Shown: positions 10,938-21,196 of the stretch, in pieces
How positions within the stretch are numbered: the stretch's first letter is position 1
Layout: the number at the start of each line of letters is the position of its first letter
DNA from: Macrostomum lignano
Lineage: Eukaryota
Length of the DNA stretch: 44,167 nt
Direction of reading: 5' to 3'
Assembly (NCBI GenBank): GCA_002269645.1
Contig: NIVC01001616.1
Span: forward strand, 1-44,167
Notes under the pieces: model-generated
Told to the model about the DNA's origin: nothing
The model's database searches: none
Seen by the model: only the letters and a program-made list of their open reading frames with translations
Position numbers and translations under genes: made by a program

Positions 10938-12530
10938 ACAAGTTTTCTTTTGCTTTTAATATTCCTTGGCTTCTGTAGCGCTCTCGCTGCGCGGCCTCGT
11001 ATTTGCATTGCATCACTCTATATTTATACATCTATTATTGATATCAGTGGCATTCATTTCCCATACAGCTGGGCTTTTTTTCAGTTGTGCTTTTTTCTGC
11101 TAACCGCGCGCTGCGAGATTTACAATTTTTTAAACAGAAATTTCTATCATAAATTTATTAATATTTAGGCTGTTGGATTTATATTTCATTATTTTTTCAA
11201 CCAATTGTACGAGATTTACATATCTATGCCTATCAACCAGCGCCATCGCTGCGAATGTCCAGGCTCCTCCCCGCCTTTTTGCAATATCATACTGTAATAG
11301 CAGAGCATCCCGCACTTCTCTTGATGTTTTTGCTTCGGTTTTGCCCACAGATACCAGAATAACTAAATGGGCCACTCAGCACATTTGCGTGTAAGCTACT
11401 TTCAGTTCAGTAGTAAGTTAAACTGAAGCATTTTAATGTATTTTTTAAAGACAAGGCTTAAAGCCTCCAACTCTAAATAGAACCTCTACCCGGCCGCCAC
11501 CCAGTTTTTATTGCCTTCGGAATTCCAGCCTAAAGCTGCCATGTACATTTCAGTGGATTGGCCAATGTACATTATGGCTGAACCAATTAGCAAGCTTGGG
11601 CAACTTATCAAAGTAATTTCAGCTGCCTTTATTTTAATAATATAGCTTATGTATTCTTCTTTGCTACTGAACTGAAAGTAGAAAGCTGTTTTACTAAGTA
11701 TATATGCCTGAGTGGCCCATCAAGTTATTTTAGTATCTGTGGTTTTGCCTGACTTCTCTTCCGATTATTGATTATTAATTGCTTTTATATTGTTTGACTT
11801 GTGCAGGTCTTCCACCTTGATCCGTAAAATGAATACTCGCCCCTGCCCACCAGCTAGCTGGCACATGTAAGCGATTGAGGCCCGGCCTCTGTAACTATTG
11901 GAGTCCTGATTTGCAGGCAGGCTAAGACAGGGCTGACTCGCATTTTCCTAGAAACTCAACGAACTCCAGTGGCAAGTTTTGCAATTTCACATCATCACCG
12001 CATATTTTTGACAACTCATATTTTTCCGTTTTCTCTTCATTATTTTCTGTTGCTCCTGAATATCTTTTGTATTTGTTCTTTTCGTTTTGCTTTAATAAAA
12101 TCGCTCCCCTAATTCCGAGCCTATACAATTCGCAATTCGGTTTGCCACAATTGTTATATAATAAATTGAGCTGCCAAGGTCAATGCCACACCTTCCCTTC
12201 TCCGTCTATGCAGCCGTCTCCCAAGACTCGCTGCTGGGTCTTTGCCCTTTTCTTTTTGCCAGAGGAAATCTGCCGAAGGCTGAGGCTGCTGCGTTGTCTG
12301 AGTTTTTTATGACGCTCTTTGACCTGCAGGATGTGCAGCAGGGAACTCCGGCTCGCGGGCCACAGATTTAAATATTTGTCGTTCACATTTTGTTGAACTT
12401 AAGACAAAAAGAAGTAAAAATCAAAGCTTTGAACAGATGATTCAGAAGGGGCAACTACTGCCCCCCTCTTGCATTGAGATAGGGGGGGGGGAGATAGGGT
12501 ATACTTTCGTAAGGTCGCAATTTCACACCG

Positions 12531-12812
12531 AAAGCTACCAAGGTCGAAGTTTCACATCGAAAGCTAGCAAGGAGACTCATAAGGTCGAAATTTTACACCG
12601 AAAGCTAGCAAGGGACTCGCAAGGTCGAAATTTCACATCGAAAGCGAGCAAGGTACTCATAAGGTCGAATTTTCACAACATAAATTAAATGTGAAATTTC
12701 GACCTTTTCAATGGTCGAAATGGCCGCTATTTGATTTTTCTACGTCGCGTGTAATTTCGACGTTATGAAGAAGGGTGCTTTAGAGTTTCGACGCTGTAAA
12801 ATTTCGAGTTTG
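12531..12812. repeat. Fold-back repeat cluster (AAGGTCGAAATTTCACA units: 5 direct, then ~4 inverted diverged copies)
   Basis: 17-bp arms 12661-12677 and 12690-12706 pair with one mismatch around a 12-nt loop. Confidence 0.75.
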
Positions 12813-13186
12813 TGAAACCCACCAGATCAAGGGGGCCTGCTGCCCCGGTGGGCTTCCCTGGAAGTCAGCTTCGAGCAAATGCACAGCCTTGAAATATTCA
12901 CGACGACGCCTGAGAGACCCATTCCTGCCTACGTGGTCAGCGGGGCTGGCCATAAACTATCGCTGGATGTGCATTAAATTGGAGCTGTATTGACCAGCTG
13001 CCAGATACATGTATACAGTAAAAATGTCACGAATGTAGTTGCTATCCACGTGTGGGCCGCCTATTAATTTCTTGTAAGAGTACATGTACAAACAACCATG
13101 AATGTACAAGTGTACATGCCTAATTGTTAAGAACATTTTTAAGGTGCGAGCGTACATGTAACTGCGGCTTCTTCATAGGCATTATC

Positions 13187-13742
13187 AAACTGAAAGAATT
13201 AAGCCAAGTGAGGTTTTACCATAGACATTAGCGGGCAGTGCAGCCAACTGAAAGCATTGAGCCAAGTGAGGTTTCACCATAGACACTCAGCGGGCAGTGC
13301 AGCCAACTGAAAGCATTGAGCCAAGTGAGGTTTTACCATAGACACTCAGCGGGCAGTGCAGCCAACTGAAAGCATTGAGCCAAGTGAGGTTTCACCATAG
13401 ACACTCAGCGGGCAGTGCAGCCAACTGAAAGCATTGAGCCAAGTGAGGTTTTACCATAGACACTCAGCGGGCAGTGAAGCCAACTGAAAGCATTGAGCCA
13501 AGTGAGGTTTCACCATAGACACTCAGCGGGCAGTGAAGCCAACTGAAAGCATTGAGCCAAGTGAGGTTTCACCATAGACACTCAGCGGGCAGTGAAGCCA
13601 ACTGAAAGCATTGAGCCAAGCGAGGTTTCACCATAGACACTCAGCGGGCAGTGAAGCCAACTGAAAGCATTGAGCCAAGTGAGGTTTCACCATAGAAATT
13701 CTCAGCGGGTCGTGAAACCTACTGAAAGCATTGAACCAAGTG
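13187..13742. repeat. 59-bp tandem repeat (CAACTGAAAGCATTGAGCCAAGTGAGGTTTCACCATAGACACTCAGCGGGCAGTGCAGC), ~9.5 copies
   Basis: The pattern shifts by 1 base per 60-nt line, giving a period of 59. Units are near-identical. Confidence 0.97.
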
Positions 13743-14468
13743 CTTCTCGAAGATGTGCTACATAAAACAAACATTTTTAATAAACGAAACAAATTTTTTT
13801 TTTCAATTTAATTTTTTACTCCAGATACTGATGAAGTTCTCCTTGGCTAGAAACAACTTGCACCTGGGCCCAAGTTTTCAACAATTCGAAAAGTAGGTCA
13901 AATAGTCCGAAGTCCAAGCTAGCCGATTGGTGCGCAATCTGACAACTGCGCCATTGCAACTTGGTGTGATTCAAATGAAACTTTTTTGCAGCATGCGGGG
14001 CGGTTGGATACTGTTTCATACATCACATGCTTAGCTTCATCTGCACCACTTCTAAACCGGCTTATGGCTTGGGAAAGTAAAAATAAAACTTTTACTTTCT
14101 TAAGAATTTCAGAAAACTCGCACGGCACAATTTCTGAGCCAGTTTCCAGCCAGCAGGTCTGACTGTGAAAATAATTGAGACCACTCTGTCAAAATCAAAG
14201 CGCCCGACTCTTCGCGTTAGCCATTTGTCAGAATTCAATAATTCACTGGTTGCCATGCAAATGACAGCAGAAGGTGGCTGGCGGAATGGCTGCACAGAGA
14301 TGTTCGAGTCGGATCTATTTCTCAACTAATAATATTAATATAATAATAATTACTATTGCTAAACCAGTATCGGCATTAAGAATCAGGTCAGAAACCCCCA
14401 CACACAGGGGTGAAAAAAATCAACAAAACAGTGGGAGAAGACAAATTTAAAACATAGCGCTCTCCGGA

Positions 14469-14686
14469 TTCAAATAATAATTGGAATGGCGACTAATCAA
14501 CTTACTTGGAGACTCGCCCAGGTGCGCATACTACTAATTAGTAGCATCAGAGTTGCCATGGGAGACCCGGCCCCAGGTGTGCATACTACTAATTAGTAGC
14601 ATCAGAGTTGCCATGGGACTGGGAGACCCGGCCCCAGGTGTGCATACTACTAATTAGTAGCATCAGATTCGCCATAATAATTTGAA
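14469..14686. repeat. Small MITE-like unit: three 55-61-bp repeats, each with the palindrome CTACTAATTAGTAG, between imperfect inverted ends
   Basis: Palindromes at 14531, 14586 and 14647. Left TTCAAAT..ATGGCGA versus right TCGCCAT..ATTTGAA. Confidence 0.6.
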
Positions 14687-14826
14687 GTGTTAATTTTACG
14701 AGTCATTACGGCCTGATGAGACAGATAGGTTGAACTAGAGAAGTTGACAGTAAAAATTTGAACCTAAACTACAGCAACAGCACTGACGCCGACTCAACGA
14801 ATCAACAGGTATGAAATGACACTGAA

Positions 14827-16100
14827 CTAGGCCTGCTTGAAGATGCGCAGCAGGTCCTGCCACACCTGGTCCTGAGACCGGGAAGCGTCCAACCGGTGCA
14901 TCAGGTGGCGCCGGCCGTAATAGTCAGTGAGGGGCCGCGTCTTCTCGTGGTACTGCGCCAGCCGGGTGCGCAGCGTCTCAGCGTTGTCGTCCGACCGCCG
15001 CGTCAGCGGCTCCCCCGTCACGTCGTCTTTGCCTGCGCGGCGGGGATTGGGGCACCGGCGCTGCTTGGAACTCGGAAAGTTTTCACCAGTCTCTCTGCTC
15101 CATCTGTTTTCCCCAGTCTCTCTTCTCCATCTGTTTTCCCCAGTCTCTCTTCTCCATCTGTTTTCCCCAGTCTCTCTTCTCCATCCGCTTCCTGCAGTCT
15201 CTCTTCTCCATCTGTTTTCTGCAGTCTCTCTTCTCCATCTGTTTTCTGCAGTCTCTCTTCTCCATCTGTTTTCCCCAGTCTCTCTTCTCCATCTGTTTTC
15301 CCCCAGTCTCTCTTCTCCATCTGTTTTCTGCAGTCTCTCTTCTCCATCTGTTTTCCCCAGTCTCTCTTCTCCATCTGTTTTCCCCCAGTCTCTCTTCTCC
15401 ATCTGTTTTCCCCAGTCTCTCTTCTCCATCTGTTTTCCCCCAGTCTCTCTTCTCCATCTGTTTTCCCCAGTCTCTCTTCTCCATCTGTTTTCCCCAGTCT
15501 CTTTTCTCCATCCGCTTTATCCCAGTTTTTCTTCCGAATCAGATTCCCTATTCAACTCCCTATCAGATTCCCCATTCGATTCCCCATCAGATTCCCCATT
15601 TGCTTCCCCGTGAGCTCACCCGGCACCTGGGGCGGCCGGAACTTCTCATGGTAGACCCGGCCGGAGGGGACGTGCATCAGGCGGCCGACGATTCGCTCCT
15701 CCAGCAGGCGGTCGTCGATGGCGAACTCAACGACGCCGTTAAGCTGCTGCCGGCGGCGGCCAAGCATGTCGTCCAGCCGCTCGGCCTGGGCCTGGGTGCG
15801 GGGGAAGCCGTCCAGCAGGAAGCCCTTCTTGCACTCGGGCTTGTCCAGGTTCTGCTCGATGATCTCGCAGATGGTCTGGTCGTCAACCAGGCGGCCTTCG
15901 TTCATGAGGCCGCGCACCCGCTTGCCCAGCTCCGACTCCGCCTTGGCTACGGCGCGGAGCATCGTGCCGGCGTCCAGATGGCAGACACCGAAGTGGCGGA
16001 CGAATCGCTCCGACTGGGTGCCCTTGCCGGAGCCCGGCGGCCCGAGGAACATGGCGTTCACGTTGCCCGACTGCTGCTGCTTGCCCCAGGATTGGCCCAT
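14827..16100 (-). CDS. AK2: Adenylate kinase, AK2-type long LID (paralog A); exons 16100-15620 and 15032-14827
   Basis: P-loop [45 protein letters not shown]|[15 protein letters not shown], and TRLAQYH. Phase-1 intron GTGAG..CGCAG (15619-15033). An in-frame TAA 18 nt upstream fixes the ATG. The symbol denotes AK2-like, not proven orthology. Confidence 0.93.
15086..15605. repeat. 27-29-bp tandem repeat (CCCCAGTCTCTCTTCTCCATCTGTTTT) plus a short 12-bp GATTCCCCATCA array, inside the AK-A intron
   Basis: Units visible. The arrays occupy nearly the whole 587-nt intron. Confidence 0.95.
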
Positions 16101-16157
16101 TGTGCGATTGCGAAATTAGTTAAGACTGCGGCTGCGGGATGGGGTGGGAATGCGCTG

Positions 16158-16899
16158 GATTGCCTGTCTGTGAGGCTGTGATTGCCTGTCTGTGAGGCTG
16201 TGATTGTTTGTCTGTGAGGCTGTGATTGCCTGTCTGTGAGGCTGTGATTGCCTGTCTGTGAGGCTGTGATTGCCTGTCTGTGAGGCTGTGATTGCCTGTC
16301 TGTGAGGGTGACATTGCCTGTCTGAGAGGCTGTGATTGCCTGTCTGTGAGGCTGTGATTGCCTGTCTGTGAGGCTGTGATTGTTTGTCTGTGAGGCTGTG
16401 ATTGCCTGTCTGTGAGGCTGTGATTGCCTGTCTGTGAGGCTGTGATTGCCTGTCTGTGAGGCTGTGATTGCCTGTCTGTGAGGGTGACATTGCCTGTCTG
16501 AGAGGCTGTGATTGCCTGTCTGTGAGGGTGACATTGCCTGTCTGAGAGGCTGTGATTGCCTGTCTGTGAGGCTGTGATTGCCTGTCTGTGAGGGTGACAT
16601 TGCCTGTCTGAGAGGCTGTGATTGCCTGTCTGTGAGGGTGACATTGCCTGTCTGAGAGGCTGTGATTGCCTGTCTGTGAGGCTGTGATTGCCTGTCTGTG
16701 AGGGTGACATTGCCTATCTGAGAGGCTGTGATTGCCTGTCTGTGAGGCTGTGATTGCCTGTCTGTGAGGCTGTGATTGCCTGCCTGTGAGGGTGACATTG
16801 CCTATCTGAGAGGCTGTGATTGCCTGTCTGTGAGGCTGTGATTGCCTGTCTGTGAGGGTGACATTGCCTATCTGTGAGGCTGTGATTGCCTGTCTGTGA
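16158..16899. repeat. 22-bp minisatellite (GTGATTGCCTGTCTGTGAGGCT, with a GTGACATTGCCTGTCTGAGAGGCT variant), copy 1
   Basis: Units visible, immediately upstream of the AK-A start exon acceptor (CCCGCAG on the minus strand). Confidence 0.96.
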
Positions 16900-17282
16900 A
16901 ACATTGCGACAAAGTTGATTCAAAGTCCTATCAAGAGAATTAGGATTGAAAAGGACTAAACTCTCATCCCCCATCTATGCAGGGCAGCTGCTGTCGCCTG
17001 TCTAAGCAGTAGCAGGTGCAAATACTAATTGCAATATGTGCCGGACACAAAGGCGGAAATCAAGGTGGGAGATTAGTTGTGACAGAAAACTCCCCCAGAC
17101 GAGTCGCCCCCCTCCCAGCCCGTTGAAACAAACACCTGCAGCCAACCGAAAAATAAATCACTGGTTGATGCAACAATTACTACCCGCTCTGGATATTTTT
17201 AACAGACCGTTTACGCGCCTTCGTTTTTGGGATTGGGATCGGCGGCCGGATTTGCTTTGAAAAAGCACTTTTGAGCGGGGAG

Positions 17283-17745
17283 TTAGTGAGATGATGAGTG
17301 AGTCATGGGTGAGGTAATGAGATCACGAGTGAGTCATGGGTGAGTAATGATGTTATGGTTGAGGTTAGTGGGTGAGGTAATGAGATCATGGTTGAGGTCA
17401 ATGGGTGAGGTAATGAGATCATGAGTGAGGTCCATGGGTGAGGTAATTAGATCATGAGTGAGGTCCATGGGTGTGTAATGAGATCATGGGTGACGTCATG
17501 AGTTCATGAGTGTTGTCATGATTTCGTGAGTGATGTCATGGCTTTGTGAGTTATATCATGAGATTATGAGTGAGATCATGAGTTCATGAGTGAGGTCATA
17601 AGTTCATGAGTGATGTCATGACTTCGTGAGCGATGTCATGGCTTTATGAGTGAGATCATGAGCTTATGAGTGAGGTTATGACTTCGTGAATGAGGTAGAG
17701 GTCATGAGTGAGGTCATGAGTTTATGAATGAGATACCGAGACCAT
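17283..17745. repeat. Old, diverged ~19-21-bp ATGAGTGAGGTCATG-type tandem repeat
   Basis: Recurring TCATGAG/GTGAGGT words; duplicated at 19595-20057. Confidence 0.8.
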
Positions 17746-18365
17746 GAGCGAGCCAGTACTAAATAACTAAGTCTGTGATTAATTCTTTGAGTCAGACCGG
17801 GGCGAGTGCAGCGATCTGCAGGGAGCAAAAGTTAAAGAAGTTACGCCAGAGCGCAGAAAGCGCACAACTTAATCCCCCCCCAAAGACATGCGGTGAATAA
17901 AAGTTGGATAAGAACGCCCCAAAGCAGACTACATAAAGCCTGCATTTCTGCACCAGCTGCACACAAAAGCAGGGGCAGTGGCCGCTAGTTACTCTGTCTA
18001 GATCAGACGAACTTAGACAGACAGGGGAGGACATCAAGCAATCCGCCAATCCCTTCAGTCGGCCGCACCGAAGGAAAAGTACAAATCTAGCTAATCTAAA
18101 TCCAGTGAGCAAACAGGTGCCGGCGAGGCGCTGACAAATTGAGAACCCGATTTCCAGGAAGAGACGGCAGCGGCCGAGATTTGCAAAAACAAAGTTTTTT
18201 AAAAAAAGGCTGAATTGTTGAAAACAAGCCGCGTCACAAGGGACGGGCTCGATAAGGGCTCGCTTAAATTGGGACAGTTTTTTTCGCAACCGATTGCGCA
18301 GCTTTTTGAATTGAAGTGAATCAGCTCAATAGCGGCTTGGGCAGGCCTTGATTGTGTGCGCTAGC

Positions 18366-18623
18366 GCTCGCACGGGCGTATTCAGCATGCCAGTGAAGTA
18401 TGAGACAGACCAGGCCTATGGGCTAAGGTCTGCGATGCCCCACGCCAGCCCCTATCTTCAGCAGGTAAAGGCTGGAGGGAGGTCTGCACCCTCTATTCGC
18501 CGCTGGCAGCCGCAGACCCCCCCCCCACGCTGTTTCGCAAGCCGACCCAGGGGTACTCGACCCCGCGAGTGTTCAAGGCGGACCCTAGGGCTGCCGGACT
18601 GACTGGGCTCCGGCGCTGGGGAC
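18366..18623 (+). mobile_element. Duplicated 5' stub (~258 bp) of the LINE at 20678
   Basis: Matches 20678-20934, then breaks at a hairpin junction into the 22-bp array. Confidence 0.85.
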
Positions 18624-18640
18624 ACAGCCTGGGGGACCCA

Positions 18641-19212
18641 GGCTGTGATTGCCTGTCTGTGAGGCTGTGATTGCCTGTCTGTGAGGCTGTGATTGTTTGT
18701 CTGTGAGGCTGTGATTGCCTGTCTGTGAGGCTGTGATTGCCTGTCTGTGAGGCTGTGATTGCCTGTCTGTGAGGCTGTGATTGCCTGTCTGTGAGGGTGA
18801 CATTGCCTGTCTGAGAGGCTGTGATTGCCTGTCTGTGAGGGTGACATTGCCTGTCTGAGAGGCTGTGATTGCCTGTCTGTGAGGCTGTGATTGCCTGTCT
18901 GTGAGGGTGACATTGCCTGTCTGAGAGGCTGTGATTGCCTGTCTGTGAGGGTGACATTGCCTGTCTGAGAGGCTGTGATTGCCTGTCTGTGAGGGTGACA
19001 TTGCCTGTCTGAGAGGCTGTGATTGCCTGTCTGTGAGGCTGTGATTGCCTGTCTGTGAGGGTGACATTGCCTATCTGAGAGGCTGTGATTGCCTGCCTGT
19101 GAGGGTGACATTGCCTATCTGAGAGGCTGTGATTGCCTGTCTGTGAGGCTGTGATTGCCTGTCTGTGAGGGTGACATTGCCTATCTGTGAGGCTGTGATT
19201 GCCTGTCTGTGA
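18641..19212. repeat. 22-bp minisatellite, copy 2
   Basis: Same units as 16158-16899, with the same exit into GAAACATTGCGACAAAG. Confidence 0.96.
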
Positions 19213-19594
19213 AACATTGCGACAAAGTTGATTCAAAGTCCTATCAAGAGAATTAGGATTGAAAAGGACTAAACTCTCATCCCCCATCTATGCAGGGCAG
19301 CTGCTGTCGCCTGTCTAAGCAGTAGCAGGTGCAAATACTAATTGCAATATGTGCCGGACACAAAGGCGGAAATCAAGGTGGGAGATTAGTTGTGACAGAA
19401 AACTCCCCCAGACGAGTCGCCCCCTCCCAGCCCGTTGAAACAAACACCTGCAGCCAACCGAAAAATAAATCACTGGTTGATGCAACAATTACCACCCGCT
19501 CTGGATATTTTTAACAGACCGTTTACGCGCCTTCGTTTTTGGGATTGGGATCGGCGGCCGGATTTGCTTTGAAAAAGCACTTTTGAGCGGGGAG

Positions 19595-20057
19595 TTAGTG
19601 AGATGATGAGTGAGTCATGGGTGAGGTAATGAGATCACGAGTGAGTCATGGGTGAGTAATAATGTTATGGTTGAGGTTAGTGGGTGAGGTAATGAGATCA
19701 TGGTTGAGGTCAATGGGTGAGGTAATGAGATCATGAGTGAGGTCCATGGGTGAGGTAATTAGATCATGAGTGAGGTCCATGGGTGTGTAATGAGATCATG
19801 GGTGACGTCATGAGTTCATGAGTGTTGTCATGATTTCGTGAGTGATGTCATGGCTTTGTGAGTTATATCATGAGATTATGAGTGAGATCATGAGTTCATG
19901 AGTGAGGTCATAAGTTCATGAGTGATGTCATGACTTCGTGAGCGATGTCATGGCTTTATGAGTGAGATCATGAGCTTATGAGTGAGGTTATGACTTCGTG
20001 AATGAGGTAGAGGTCATGAGTGAGGTCATGAGTTTATGAATGAGATACCGAGACCAT
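19595..20057. repeat. Duplicate of the diverged ATGAGTGAGGTCATG-type repeat
   Basis: Copy of 17283-17745. Confidence 0.8.
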
Positions 20058-21196
20058 GAGCGAGCCAGTACTAAATAACTAAGTCTGTGATTAATTCTTT
20101 GAGTCAGACCGGGGCGAGTGCAGCGATCTGCAGGGAGCAAAAGTTAAAGAAGTTACGCCAGAGCGCAGAAAGCGCACAACTTAATCCCCCCCCAAAGACA
20201 TGCGGTGAATAAAAGTTGGATAAGAACGCCCCAAAGCAGACTACATGAAGCCTGCATTTCTGCACCAGCTGCACACAAAAGCAGGGGCAGTGGCCGCTAG
20301 TTACTCTGTCTAGATCAGACGAACTTAGACAGACAGGGGAGGACATCAAGCAATCCGCCAATCCCTTCAGTCGGCCGCACCGAAGGAAAAGTACAAATCT
20401 AGCTAATCTAAATCCAGTGAGCAAACAGGTGCCGGCGAGGCGCTGACAAATTGAGAACCCGATTTCCAGGAAGAGACGGCAGCGGCCGAGATTTGCAAAA
20501 ACAAAGTTTTTTAAAAAAAGGCTGAATTGTTGAAAACAAGCCGCGTCACAAGGGACGGGCTCGATAAGGGCTCGCTTAAATTGGGACAGTTTTTTTCGCA
20601 ACCGATTGCGCAGCTTTTTGAATTGAAGTGAATCAGCTCAATAGCGGCTTGGGCAGGCCTTGATTGTGTGCGCTAGCGCTCACACGGGCGTATTCAGCAT
20701 GCCAGTGAAGTATGAGACAGACCAGGCCTATGGGCTAAGGTCTGCGATGCCCCACGCCAGCCCCTATCTTCAGCAGGTAAAGGCTGGAGGGAGGTCTGCA
20801 CCCTCTATTCGCCGCTGGCAGCCGCAGACCCCCCCCCACGCTGTTTCGCAAGCCGACCCAGGGGTACTCGACCCCGCGAGTGTTCAAGGCGGACCCTAGG
20901 GCTGCCGGACTGACTGGGCTCCGGCGCTGGGGACCCATCCAGTGGCTTTTGCCGAACTTGGGTATTGCGGGCTTGGCTCGCCAGTCCACAGGCCGTGGTG
21001 CTGCTCAACGTACCCTCTAATGCCTAAGGTGTTTGACCGTGCCGATGGGCTAGAAGGCCGGGGAGTAGTCCAGTCGCAAGCGGTCCCCCTCCTGGTGTCG
21101 GGCCAGCCTTGAGGGTTCTTTTGGCCTACTGCCCGGTCAGGTGGAGCGGCCGGGTGGGTACCGCGCCCCTTCGAGGGTAGCCCACCAACTTTTATC

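Larger units (their letters stand above)
16900..20934. repeat. Recent tandem segmental duplication: 16900-18623 repeated at 19213-20934 (offset ~2312), each copy preceded by the 22-bp array
   Basis: Near-identical text with only ~5-6 differences noted by eye (for example TACCCG/CACCCG, ACATAAAG/ACATGAAG, CTCGCAC/CTCACAC). Duplicated ORFs at 17792-18289 and 20104-20601. Confidence 0.95.

Noticed and set aside
13187-13742. CRISPR-like appearance of the 59-bp array (also the 57-bp array at 32.1-33.1 kb)
   Set aside because: No unique spacers, no cas genes, eukaryotic context.
17792-18289. 165-aa minus-strand ORF present twice (also 20104-20601)
   Set aside because: TTG start and no recognisable motif; its recurrence is explained by the recent duplication rather than by conservation.
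16058-19287. SQTGNHSLTDRQ-type ORFs
   Set aside because: Products of the stop-free 22-bp arrays.
20678-21196. Hammerhead, twister or pistol ribozyme in the LINE 5' UTR
   Set aside because: No CUGANGA/GAAA core or twister/pistol consensus found by eye on either strand.
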